IMG/VR virus record: IMGVR_UViG_3300023213_000095 | From: a virus | Reading direction: 5' to 3' (one strand) | DNA length: 64,000 bases | Part shown: positions 1-8,405 of the stretch, piece by piece | Position numbering within the stretch: position 1 is the stretch's first letter | How the letters are laid out: each line of letters starts with the position of its first letter | Made by a program: the position numbers and the translations under genes | Notes under the pieces: generated by a model | What the model saw: the letters and a program-made list of their open reading frames with translations, nothing else | Told to the model about the DNA's origin: nothing | Databases searched by the model: none

Positions 1-2
1 AG

Positions 3-95
3 CACCCGACACTGAAGGGGACTGATGGTGAGCCCCTGCGGCTGCGGGCTAACATCGTCATCACGCGGTTCATTCCGGCGGGTGAGGAGCGGTAA
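3..95 (+). CDS. 3' end of an upstream CDS, truncated by the window edge
   Basis: Frame 3 is open from the window start to TAA at 93-95. This stop overlaps the next ATG (TAATG). Confidence 0.25.
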   Translation, partial: HPTLKGTDGEPLRLRANIVITRFIPAGEER

Positions 96-259
96 TGGGG
101 GGTATCGTAGCAACCCTGAAGAAGTATGGGGTAGCAGTCCTAGTGGTTCTAGGGCTGCTTGTCCTCTACCATGGGTTTGATAGCTACCGGCACTTCACCT
201 GGCAAACCATTAGGGCTCAGGATGGCACGGTGTATGCTGTCCCGAGCTGGAGGAAGTGA
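95..259 (+). CDS. small membrane protein (54 aa)
   Basis: ATG at 95. The stop TGA at 257-259 overlaps the downstream ATG at 259. There is one hydrophobic helix (VAVLVVLGLLVLY). It is not in the ORF track because it is under 60 aa. Confidence 0.35.
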   Translation: MGGIVATLKKYGVAVLVVLGLLVLYHGFDSYRHFTWQTIRAQDGTVYAVPSWRK

Positions 260-468
260 TGACAGAGCCAATGACAACGATTGAATATCTGCAAAATGCC
301 ATCAAACGGGCTGAGTCGCGCAAAAATAATGCCCTGGAGGATGCTAACGAGACAGCCAAGGCGATGGATGATCTGATGTCCAGATATAGGGAACTGCTGC
401 GGCTACTGGAAGATTACCCAATGGTTCTAGAATTTGCCAAACTATTAAATAAGGGTCCAATACTATGA
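259..468 (+). CDS. hypothetical protein
   Basis: The track ORF begins with GTG at 256. ATG at 259 is the likelier start. The stop overlaps the next start, which fits a compact operon. Confidence 0.4.
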   Translation: MTEPMTTIEYLQNAIKRAESRKNNALEDANETAKAMDDLMSRYRELLRLLEDYPMVLEFAKLLNKGPIL

Positions 469-647
469 GTCCAATCCTAATCTATGGAGTGGTAGCCTTC
501 CTGGCATACTTCTATGCCTTGGCTGGCATCAAGTTCGTTGGGCGGGAGATCTACAAGGGTGCCGAGAAGGTTGAGCAGGGTACCGTCTATGTTACTAAGG
601 AAGTCGGGAAGGGTCTGTTGCATGTCGTGACGTTCGGGAAGAAGTAA
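465..647 (+). CDS. small membrane protein (60 aa)
   Basis: Track ORF with a hydrophobic N-terminus (ILIYGVVAFLAYFYALAG). It is coupled to its neighbours. Confidence 0.4.
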   Translation: MSPILIYGVVAFLAYFYALAGIKFVGREIYKGAEKVEQGTVYVTKEVGKGLLHVVTFGKK

Positions 648-649
648 CC

Positions 650-790
650 ATGTATTACATGGTGCTTGGAGTTGTAGTTGCAGTGGTCCTCTTGCTATCT
701 TACTGGGCTGGAAAGGTACAAGAAGAGCAAGTAGAGGCTTGGAGCCGTTATGGTCGTGGGGAAGGTCCAAAACCTCCCCCAATGACCTAG
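650..790 (+). CDS. small membrane protein (46 aa)
   Basis: ATG at 650 lies 3 nt after the previous stop. It encodes a TM helix (MYYMVLGVVVAVVLLLSYWAG). It is not in the track because it is under 60 aa. Confidence 0.3.
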   Translation: MYYMVLGVVVAVVLLLSYWAGKVQEEQVEAWSRYGRGEGPKPPPMT

Positions 791-886
791 TTTGTTGAGT
801 CCCGGTAGGGCTCATAGTTCCCATCTCCACAACCATGTGGCCCCGAGTGGTGGGAGGATCGGGGCACTTGTTATTTTGAGGGAGGC

Positions 887-2191
887 TTGATGAAGCGTAA
901 ACTCTGGTGGTTCTGGCTCTGTGTGATATTGGTGGTGAGCTGCCACCACAGGCCACCGGTGCCGCCTCCACCCCCTACTGCGTGGAGCGTGGCCTGTGTC
1001 GTCTATGATGCAGACACCCACAGGCCCATCCAAGGGGCTCACTGTCAGGACGGCACGCTGACTGGGACCACCAACCAAGATGGCTATGCCTTCCTCGGGG
1101 TAGCCACAGTTGGTCCTCACCGGATGACGGCCCAAGCTGTTGGTTATACTGATGGGGGCACCGATTACACCCATGACTCCAACCAGAATATTGAGGTAGA
1201 CCTCCATGCGACGTGGCCGCAGCCGGAAAACTTCCCACCGCTTTCGTTGGAGACAGATGATCATGATGGGTTACGCTGCTCTCATGACCTTCCTAGTGGG
1301 CTTTCCATTCCTGTCGGACCCACCGTCGACTTTTGGCGAGGCGATGCTTGGGGTGTTACTATTCTTGGTCTTCCTAGCGTTCCTGGTGGGAGCCCTAAAC
1401 ACCCTGAGCGAGCCCTAAGCTGGTTCCTCGACCGCTATTCACTCGATTGGCAGACGGCTATTCTCCAGGCCTATCGACGGCGAGGATATACGCACTTTGC
1501 CTTGAGCTACCCCGATAGTCGAGCGTTCGGGACGAGCGATGCGGAGTTTGTGCAGTTGGCTCAGCGGGTCAAGGCAGCTATTCCTTATGTGGCGGTTTTC
1601 CTGACGAGTAAAGATTATGACCCAAGAAATGCGGATGCGGCCACCCGGATGGCAGCTATTACTGGTGTGGTTGACAGTCTTATCGCCCATCTGGCTATTG
1701 ACGTTGCTGTCGTGGGCTGGGAACTCGACACCTTCAACCAAGGGCAGCTCCTCGAAGATTTCATCGCTGCCCTTGCCAATCGCTACCCCGGCCTGCCCCT
1801 GTTCGTGCACTTCACCAGCTACAAAACCAGCTGGCAACCAGACGGACAGCCCCGAGCCCAGTTTTGGCAGTTCTTCCGCCGGGCAGCTGGACCCGATAGA
1901 CTCATCGGTTTGCTGTATCAAGCCAACCAAGACGATCCTTGTGGACTCATGCAGGCACACTTTCAGGATGCGATGATCCCCCCATCAGGGCTGGAAGCGG
2001 CTGGCGCTATTCTGGTCCCCTGGGAGATTCAGGCCACCAATTCCTTTTACCAGGACCACCCCACCGAGGATGAGGCTAATGCCAGGGGCTGGGAGATGAT
2101 GGCCACACCGGGGCGGGTGCTGGCCTCGGGATTTGGTGAAGGCGCTCGTTACCCTAACGGTCAACCAACACTCTCTCACTATTCGAGGTGA
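887..2191 (+). CDS. predicted lipoprotein or secreted protein with a carbohydrate-binding-like N-domain and a TIM-barrel glycoside-hydrolase-like C-domain
   Basis: There is a signal peptide with a lipobox-like LVVSC. A Pro-rich linker follows, then a beta-sandwich-like region (VYDADTHRPIQGAHCQDGTLTGTTNQDGYAF). A long alpha/beta domain follows (HFALSYPD ... VVGWELDTFNQ). The function is only inferred. Confidence 0.5.
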   Translation: MMKRKLWWFWLCVILVVSCHHRPPVPPPPPTAWSVACVVYDADTHRPIQGAHCQDGTLTGTTNQDGYAFLGVATVGPHRMTAQAVGYTDGGTDYTHDSNQNIEVDLHATWPQPENFPPLSLETDDHDGLRCSHDLPSGLSIPVGPTVDFWRGDAWGVTILGLPSVPGGSPKHPERALSWFLDRYSLDWQTAILQAYRRRGYTHFALSYPDSRAFGTSDAEFVQLAQRVKAAIPYVAVFLTSKDYDPRNADAATRMAAITGVVDSLIAHLAIDVAVVGWELDTFNQGQLLEDFIAALANRYPGLPLFVHFTSYKTSWQPDGQPRAQFWQFFRRAAGPDRLIGLLYQANQDDPCGLMQAHFQDAMIPPSGLEAAGAILVPWEIQATNSFYQDHPTEDEANARGWEMMATPGRVLASGFGEGARYPNGQPTLSHYSR

Positions 2192-2194
2192 CAC

Positions 2195-2845
2195 ATGAAG
2201 AAGACGATCATCACACTTGCCATGCTGCTGTGGGCGAGCGTCGCCTATGCCCAGACCACCAGTGTTCACATCATCCCTGCGCCCCCTCCCCCAAACCCCT
2301 CGCAGGGCACTCCACCCTCGATCATTTGTCATGGTGAGATTAGTGGTGCCTCAGACGAGTATTTCACGGTTGACATCTATTTCGATCCCGACACCGGACA
2401 GAGACAACACGCCGAGGGCTATGGGCATGTTGAAACCGAGTTCCGCGTCGTGCTCGATGATAGCTGGGGAGCCTTTAACTCATTTGTGACGTGCCTCGGC
2501 GACTTCTCAGCATCACAGCATGGTTACCTCTTCGATCACGATCTTCAGTCTCTCGCCATCACGCGCTACCATTTCGGTCTCGTGTTTGACACCCCGACCT
2601 ATGGGGACGATATGCAATGGCACTGGCTTCAGCGGGTGTATCCCTTCTGTGACATTCGAATTGCAGGGCTTCCTGGGTGGGTCCAGTGGACGACGCCTGA
2701 CAGAGGGTTTCAGGCCGATTATATGACGATTGAGGGGTCTGATATCAATGTCACCCTATCGGGATTGGGCTTCAGCTACTGGTATACGCGCTACGATACG
2801 TCACCGAGTTGGTGGGTGGCGGCCTGCTACTATGTAGGTTACTAA
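2195..2845 (+). CDS. secreted protein, possibly an outer-membrane beta-barrel
   Basis: It has a classical signal peptide (MKKTIITLAMLLWASVAYAQ). The mature part shows an alternating-hydrophobic pattern. The C-terminus is aromatic (YVGY), as in outer-membrane proteins. Confidence 0.5.
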   Translation: MKKTIITLAMLLWASVAYAQTTSVHIIPAPPPPNPSQGTPPSIICHGEISGASDEYFTVDIYFDPDTGQRQHAEGYGHVETEFRVVLDDSWGAFNSFVTCLGDFSASQHGYLFDHDLQSLAITRYHFGLVFDTPTYGDDMQWHWLQRVYPFCDIRIAGLPGWVQWTTPDRGFQADYMTIEGSDINVTLSGLGFSYWYTRYDTSPSWWVAACYYVGY

Positions 2846-2861
2846 CACTTAGGAGATATCC

Positions 2862-3113
2862 ATGAAGCTGAAGCTCGCTGTCGTGCTCTGGGAAGATGCG
2901 GCCATGGCTGAGCATGAGGATATGAGTGGCACCATCTTTGTCACCAATACTGGCTGGATGCTCCCACACACGAAACGGGATGCTATCATCAAGCTGGCAT
3001 CATCCGTTGCAGCAGATGGGTGTTGGCGGGATATCATGAGTATCCCAAAGGCCAACATTGTAAAGACTATTATCATGGGGAAGACTGAGCTTCCATTTAG
3101 AGGAATCCGATGA
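2862..3113 (+). CDS. hypothetical protein
   Basis: Track ORF. AGGAG lies upstream of the ATG. The stop overlaps the next start. Confidence 0.45.
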   Translation: MKLKLAVVLWEDAAMAEHEDMSGTIFVTNTGWMLPHTKRDAIIKLASSVAADGCWRDIMSIPKANIVKTIIMGKTELPFRGIR

Positions 3114-3367
3114 GTGATACTCAACAGAATATTAGCGTACCTGGTCAGGATGTCTATGCAGTAATTAAGGGAGTCCAGGGTGAATTGTTCAAGCATGATC
3201 CTGACACTGTGATTATGGCCCTGTTGGCTATCATCTTCATGATTGAGAACCCTGACATGAGCCCTGAGGAGAATGTCAAGGCCGTGCAGGAGGCCAGTTC
3301 GTTCATCGCTGATTATATTGATGCCATGGCTGAATCGCGGGGGATGGACCCTGCAAAGGCAAATTGA
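3110..3367 (+). CDS. hypothetical protein
   Basis: Track ORF. It is translationally coupled (ATGA) to the Dam gene. Confidence 0.45.
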   Translation: MSDTQQNISVPGQDVYAVIKGVQGELFKHDPDTVIMALLAIIFMIENPDMSPEENVKAVQEASSFIADYIDAMAESRGMDPAKAN

Positions 3368-3846
3368 TGGCCCCCAAGCAGCGCCCAGGACAATCGAAGC
3401 AGGACTATCGAACACCACCGGAGTTCCTGGAGGCGGTTAAGCAGCTCCTGCGGATTGAGGAGTTTGACATTGATTTGGCCGCCAGCCCTGAGAATGCTGT
3501 CTGCCCACGGTTTTATACTGAGCAGGACAATAGCTTGGAGCAGCCATGGAAGGTGGGGGAGGGGTGGAATTGGTGTAACCCACCCTTTGCCAAGCTGGAA
3601 CCATGGGTAATGAAGGCCTTCAATGAGATGGCAGGGTATGGAGCCAAGACGGCCATGCTGGTTCCAGCAGCTGTGGGAGCGAACTGGTGGAGAGACTGGG
3701 TAGATGACATGGCCAGGGTATACTTTCTCAATGGACGGCTGGCCTTCATACCAGACCGGCCCAAGTGGCTCTACCCAAAGGATTGTGCCCTGTTGTTGTA
3801 TGCACCGTTTGTTGATGGTTACCGGGTTTGGGATTGGAGGCCATAA
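3364..3846 (+). CDS. dam: DNA N6-adenine methyltransferase, phage Dam family
   Basis: Three family motifs are present: DYRTPPEF (Y-x-TP), DIDLAAS and the catalytic NPPF (WCNPPFAK). These are typical of the phage T1/Dam family (Pfam Dam, PF05869). Confidence 0.8.
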   Translation: MMAPKQRPGQSKQDYRTPPEFLEAVKQLLRIEEFDIDLAASPENAVCPRFYTEQDNSLEQPWKVGEGWNWCNPPFAKLEPWVMKAFNEMAGYGAKTAMLVPAAVGANWWRDWVDDMARVYFLNGRLAFIPDRPKWLYPKDCALLLYAPFVDGYRVWDWRP

Positions 3847-4106
3847 TGGGCCGCTTCAACCAGGACGATGATCGCGACACGCACTCATGGGATCGGGATG
3901 ACTTCACGACCGGCCGAGATTATGGGGATGAGAATGACTATCCCCAGGATGGCTGGTTGGATGACCTGGAGAGCCAGGAATGCACCGAAACCCGCTACCG
4001 GGAACAGACTATTTATGATCTCATCAATGCACTGGAGGAATATCTGAGTTTTAGTTCTAAGGCTGACCTGAAACGGTTGCTCAAAGAACAGTTTGATGTT
4101 AAGTAA
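3828..4106 (+). CDS. acidic hypothetical protein
   Basis: Track ORF. It is Asp/Glu-rich and overlaps both neighbours by a few nt. Confidence 0.45.
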   Translation: MGLEAIMGRFNQDDDRDTHSWDRDDFTTGRDYGDENDYPQDGWLDDLESQECTETRYREQTIYDLINALEEYLSFSSKADLKRLLKEQFDVK

Positions 4107-6852
4107 ACCTGACCATTGCCTGACCTGTGTGGGCTGCAATTGGCCCGACAAGGGCTATGTCCCTGCCTCAGGGACTGGGGATAATGGTGTCCTGGTCATT
4201 GCTGAGGCTGCAGGGGAGGATGAGGCCATCGAGGGGATGCCACTGGTGGGGAGGGCTGGCTACTTCCTGTGGCAGAACCTTCAGCGGGCAGGGATTGAGC
4301 GGGAGGGGTTCAGGTGCCACAATGTCTTGAGCTGTCGGCCTCCTGATAACCATCTGGTCAAGATGCCTTATGAGGCAGAAGCCATTGCCCACTGCTCACC
4401 CCTGCTGGACGCTACCATCCAGGAAATGCAGGAGAAGTGTCGCCAGAATGGCCGCACATTCGTCATCCTGACCCTTGGGAAGATTGCCCTCAAGCGCATC
4501 CTGGGCTGGACTGACAAGAGCCCCGAACTCAAGCAGGACTACCTGTGCTACCCGTTCCAGGCACGCCATTATGGGGCCTGGGTCATCCCTGTTGACCATC
4601 CCAGTTATATCATGCGGGGAAACAACCGGCTCATCCCCGTCATGCAGTTTGCCTTCAAGCGGGCATTGGAGATTGCTGAACATGGCCTCACGCTCGACAT
4701 CCCGCAATACGTCCTTGACCCGGCCCCGGACACCTTCAAGCAGTGGGTACGCAATTATCTATTGGAGGCTTCACAAAGGCCGCTGGATACCTTTCTTAGC
4801 TACGATATCGAGACCCCTTACAAAAAGGGCAAGTCGGAGGAAGCGCTCGGCAACGAGGAAGGGGACAACACGATCCTCCGAGTGAGTTTCAGCTATCGAC
4901 CTGATAATGCAGTGAGTGTGCCCTGGCGCTCCGAGTATATGGCAGGGATTGAGGAGCTGTTTACCAGTGAAGGGCCTAAAGTTGGTTGGAACAATTCTGT
5001 CTATGATGACCCTCGTATTATGCAGTATGTACCCATCAATGGGGATCGTCACGATGGCATGCTGGCTTGGCATGTCCTCAATTCTGCTCTTGATAAGTCA
5101 CTAGGGTCGGTGACCCCCTTCTATGTGCCCACCACTGAACTATGGAAGCACCTGTCCGACAAGCAGCCTGCCTTCTACAACGCGAAGGATGCCGATATGG
5201 CCCTCCACTGCTTCCTGGGCATCATCCGGGATCTGAAGGCCAATGACCTCTGGCGGGTCTACGATCATCACATCGTGAGGCTCAATCGAGCACTGAACTA
5301 TATGAGCCGCAAGGGGGTCTTGCGGGATGAGGCTGCTCGGCAGGCGGCTGAGGAGCAGTTGAGTGGGCTCCTGACCGGGGTGAACGAGAAGATTCAAACC
5401 ATAGTCCCTAACATTGCCAAGAAGATTAAGGTTTACAAGAAAACTCCCAAGGATACCACCGGGATGCTCCATGGCACCCATATGGTGGAGGTAAAGGTAT
5501 GCGACTCGTGTGGCCTCCTGAAGCCAAATCGCTGGAAGAAGCACTCGATATTGTGCAACGGGAAGGATGGTGTATTTTTGTCTCCGGTGATGGTGTGGGA
5601 GAAACCCCTGGAGTTCAAGGACAGCAAGGTCAACCTCCAGCGCTACCAGCAGGTTGTGGGGCACAAGCCGATTCTGACCCGGAAGGAACGAAAGGTCACC
5701 TTTGATGAAGCGGCCCTGATGCGGCTGATGAAGTGGTATCCGGAGGATCAGCTGTATCCGAGGCTCCTGGAACACCGGGAGGTTCAGAAACTCCTCAGTA
5801 CCTACGTTGGGAAAACATCATTGACCGGGGTTATCCTGGGGGGGATGCCGATTGGCCCGGATGGCAGGATCCATACGATCTACCAACACAACCCGTCAAC
5901 CCTAAGGCTGGCGAGTCAGAGCCCCAACCTCCAGAACCTGCCCCGCCCAAACCCGAAGGACCCAAATGACTTATGTAACCTTATACGAAATCTGGTCGTC
6001 GCAGGACCAGGGCAAATCTTTGCCGCTCGTGATTACTCAGGAATTGAAGCTGTCCTGGTGGGATACTTTGCTGCTGCGCCTCGCTACATTCGTCTTGCAA
6101 AGATTGACGTCCACACGTTCTACACCATGCACGCACTACATGAGCTGGATGGACGAATCAGGGCAGATGAACTTCCTGATCTCTCATGGCCCGATGATAA
6201 ACTTGTCGCTCACCTGGCCCACTACAAAGAGCTGCTCAAAGCCGAGCGGAACAGTCTCTATAAGCACTTAGTCCATGGAGCGAACTTTGCCCAGATGCCG
6301 CCGGGGGCGGCCGAGAAGATTTTCAAGGAAACCGGAAAGCTGTTCCCCCTGAAGCTCGTTACCAAGGTGATGGAGATCTACCATGCACTCTTTCCGGAGA
6401 TTCGCCGCTGGCACCGAAATCTGCTGGAACAGGTAGCAAATACTGATCACTTGAGAAATCCATTTGGATTCGTTCATCGATTCTTTAAACCTTACAAATA
6501 TGAGAAAATTGGACCTGGTAAACATGATTGGGACAAGAAACCTGGTGACGATGCCAATGCAATTATAGCCTTTCTACCGCAATCGACCGCCCGGGGTATC
6601 ATGACCGAGGCCCTGATGAGGCTCTACTTTGAGCGGTTTGATGAGGCAGGCCAATATCTCAGGCTCACCACCCACGATGAACTACTGTGGGAATGTCCGC
6701 CTGAGGCGCTTGACAAAGTGGACCAAGTTGTGGTACAAGAGATGGAGAAACCGGTGCCTGAGTTGGCCATGCCGAAGTCGTGGGGGCTCGGGGAGCACCT
6801 GGTAGTGCTGACCGAGGGAAAACAAGGGGTTAGATGGGGGAAAATGAAATGA
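4093..6852 (+). CDS. family-A DNA polymerase with an N-terminal UDG-like (family 4) domain and a 3'-5' exonuclease domain
   Basis: Two UDG family-4 motifs are present: AEAAGEDE (GEAPG-like) and DHPS (HPS motif B). Exo I is YDIETPY. Pol motif A is DYSGIEAVL. The region RLASQSPNLQNLP is present. Motif C is THDELLW. The protein is 919 aa. Confidence 0.9.
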   Translation: MMLSKPDHCLTCVGCNWPDKGYVPASGTGDNGVLVIAEAAGEDEAIEGMPLVGRAGYFLWQNLQRAGIEREGFRCHNVLSCRPPDNHLVKMPYEAEAIAHCSPLLDATIQEMQEKCRQNGRTFVILTLGKIALKRILGWTDKSPELKQDYLCYPFQARHYGAWVIPVDHPSYIMRGNNRLIPVMQFAFKRALEIAEHGLTLDIPQYVLDPAPDTFKQWVRNYLLEASQRPLDTFLSYDIETPYKKGKSEEALGNEEGDNTILRVSFSYRPDNAVSVPWRSEYMAGIEELFTSEGPKVGWNNSVYDDPRIMQYVPINGDRHDGMLAWHVLNSALDKSLGSVTPFYVPTTELWKHLSDKQPAFYNAKDADMALHCFLGIIRDLKANDLWRVYDHHIVRLNRALNYMSRKGVLRDEAARQAAEEQLSGLLTGVNEKIQTIVPNIAKKIKVYKKTPKDTTGMLHGTHMVEVKVCDSCGLLKPNRWKKHSILCNGKDGVFLSPVMVWEKPLEFKDSKVNLQRYQQVVGHKPILTRKERKVTFDEAALMRLMKWYPEDQLYPRLLEHREVQKLLSTYVGKTSLTGVILGGMPIGPDGRIHTIYQHNPSTLRLASQSPNLQNLPRPNPKDPNDLCNLIRNLVVAGPGQIFAARDYSGIEAVLVGYFAAAPRYIRLAKIDVHTFYTMHALHELDGRIRADELPDLSWPDDKLVAHLAHYKELLKAERNSLYKHLVHGANFAQMPPGAAEKIFKETGKLFPLKLVTKVMEIYHALFPEIRRWHRNLLEQVANTDHLRNPFGFVHRFFKPYKYEKIGPGKHDWDKKPGDDANAIIAFLPQSTARGIMTEALMRLYFERFDEAGQYLRLTTHDELLWECPPEALDKVDQVVVQEMEKPVPELAMPKSWGLGEHLVVLTEGKQGVRWGKMK

Positions 6853-7271
6853 GCTTAAAAATCTATCTTGCAGCACCCTGGGTTCACCGGGCTGAGGCCA
6901 AGACAGCAGCGGACCAGTTCGAGGCGGCTGGTATTAGGATTGTGAGCCATTGGATCACGAAACATCTGGACTCGGCTGCAGCCGGGGGACTCGACAAGAG
7001 CCTTGATGTTCTCCACACCGAGGCCGATGAGGATATCAGTGACATCCTCGATGCCGATGGAATGGTGGTTCTACAGCTGGCCAAGTCGGAGGGGAAGGCC
7101 TTCGAGCAGGGCTACTATGCCTGCCTTAATGACATGGCTGAGAAGGACCACAAGATTGTGCTGGTGACCCCTTATGGGGAGCGTGGGAACGTGTTCCAGT
7201 ATCTGAGAGATATGTATATTGTTGTGCCAACGGTGGATTGTGCGATTCAGGAGGTCCTCACGTGGAAGTGA
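6834..7271 (+). CDS. nucleoside 2-deoxyribosyltransferase-like protein
   Basis: The N-terminus KIYLAAPW is typical of the NDT/LOG-like Rossmann family. An acidic catalytic-type motif (SEGKAFEQGY) lies near the C-terminus. It is 145 aa. Confidence 0.5.
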   Translation: MGENEMSLKIYLAAPWVHRAEAKTAADQFEAAGIRIVSHWITKHLDSAAAGGLDKSLDVLHTEADEDISDILDADGMVVLQLAKSEGKAFEQGYYACLNDMAEKDHKIVLVTPYGERGNVFQYLRDMYIVVPTVDCAIQEVLTWK

Positions 7272-7286
7272 GAAGGGGGAACTGTT

Positions 7287-7508
7287 ATGTCGCTTCTGAA
7301 GCACTATACCATATATTGGGAGGCAAGAGGGCTGGATGGAAGCCGATGGTTATGCGAAATGGCTCTGATACCCATTGGTTCCTCAAACACAAGTCTGGTC
7401 TTATCCTTGACCCAAGTCGTAGACAGTTTAAGACTCTGCCAGAGTATGGGCGGGCGAGGGGATCTGGTTATCTTACCAAGGGTCCGTCCAGAAGAGCTAG
7501 AGTTTTGA
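7287..7508 (+). CDS. hypothetical protein (frame choice uncertain)
   Basis: ATG at 7287 lies 6 nt after a GAAGGGGGA RBS. The overlapping frame 7238..7531 is an alternative that cannot be excluded. Confidence 0.3.
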   Translation: MSLLKHYTIYWEARGLDGSRWLCEMALIPIGSSNTSLVLSLTQVVDSLRLCQSMGGRGDLVILPRVRPEELEF

Positions 7509-7521
7509 TAAGGAGGCTAAC

Positions 7522-7740
7522 GTGGCAGTAAATCGAGAGGAACTGGAGAAGGTTGCTACTGAGTTGGATGCTGGTGGGATGCTCACCCTGGAGCATATTG
7601 GGAGGGTGTTCGGGCAGGACTTCTGGATGCTGATTGTCTACTCACTTATGGACGCTTCTGACGCAGCCAGGGCCATCCAGGGGGCACTGTTGAGACTATC
7701 AGGTGGTCAGAAGATTAAGCTGGCGAAGAAGGGGCACTGA
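7522..7740 (+). CDS. hypothetical protein
   Basis: GTG start is preceded by AAGGAGG plus a 5 nt spacer. The stop overlaps the next ATG (TGATG). Confidence 0.45.
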   Translation: MAVNREELEKVATELDAGGMLTLEHIGRVFGQDFWMLIVYSLMDASDAARAIQGALLRLSGGQKIKLAKKGH

Positions 7741-8231
7741 TGGCTGAGCATAGATCAGCTCAAGTCTGTGGCTGTGATCCAGGAGCCAATTGGAGATGTA
7801 GCCAGCATCAGCATGGACCTGACATGAAGGAATACCTACATAATCTTCATGGTATCCCCGCTGGCCTACCAGATGGCTACATTGATAGCTATCGGATAAA
7901 TGATTACATGGGAATTTCGCGGGAGGGTATCGTGGCACTACCAACAGATGCAAAGGACAGGAAAACCTACCCAATCGCAACAGGTGTCATCGACTATTTC
8001 CCGGATGCCCTGGCCGAAGTTGCCAAGGTATCATTTGTGGGGAATGAGCAGCATAATCCTGGCACACCCCTGCACTGGGACCGGAGCAAATCAGGGGATG
8101 AGGCTGATGCCCTGATGCGACACTTTGTTGATAGGGGAAAGATGGATGGGGACGGCATGAGGCACAGCGCCAAAATGGCCTGGCGGGCGTTGGCACTGCT
8201 GCAGAAGGAAATTGAAGCGGCTAAGGGGTGA
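7740..8231 (+). CDS. dATP/dGTP diphosphohydrolase N-terminal-domain-like protein (phage nucleotide pool enzyme)
   Basis: The sequence pattern matches the phage dATP/dGTP pyrophosphohydrolase N-domain (DUF5664-like). The matching region is DAKDRKTYPIATGVIDYFPDALAEVAKVSFVGNEQHNPGTPLHW ... EADALMRHFVDRGKMDGDGMRHSAKMAWRALALLQ. Confidence 0.5.
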   Translation: MAEHRSAQVCGCDPGANWRCSQHQHGPDMKEYLHNLHGIPAGLPDGYIDSYRINDYMGISREGIVALPTDAKDRKTYPIATGVIDYFPDALAEVAKVSFVGNEQHNPGTPLHWDRSKSGDEADALMRHFVDRGKMDGDGMRHSAKMAWRALALLQKEIEAAKG

Positions 8232-8234
8232 AAT

Positions 8235-8405
8235 ATGGATTGTAAAGGTAAACGGTCGGGCACTCCAGGTCCCAAGGCCCCACATCCATCTCCCAGAAGT
8301 GATCCAGAGCCGGAACCCGGAAGGATTGACATTTACGACAAGAATGGTAACCCCATAGGATATGTCAATGATCCCAACGATTGGGGTAACTGGGCAGATC
8401 GCTAG
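8235..8405 (+). CDS. small hypothetical protein (56 aa)
   Basis: ATG at 8235 is preceded by AAGGGG. This is the last gene of the rightward block, convergent with the minus-strand operon. It is not in the track because it is under 60 aa. Confidence 0.35.
   Translation: MDCKGKRSGTPGPKAPHPSPRSDPEPEPGRIDIYDKNGNPIGYVNDPNDWGNWADR

Noticed and set aside
5140-5775. 211-aa minus-strand ORF and other ORFs nested in the polymerase gene
   Set aside because: They lie entirely inside the well-supported PolA coding frame and are antisense shadow ORFs.
7740-8231. Possibility that this phage has a 2-aminoadenine (Z) genome, given the dATP/dGTP-diphosphohydrolase-like protein
   Set aside because: No PurZ-like (adenylosuccinate-synthetase homologue with a GDEGKGK P-loop) or HD-domain DatZ-like gene is visible in the window. 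One MazZ-like domain alone is insufficient. I kept only a note to search the remaining genome.
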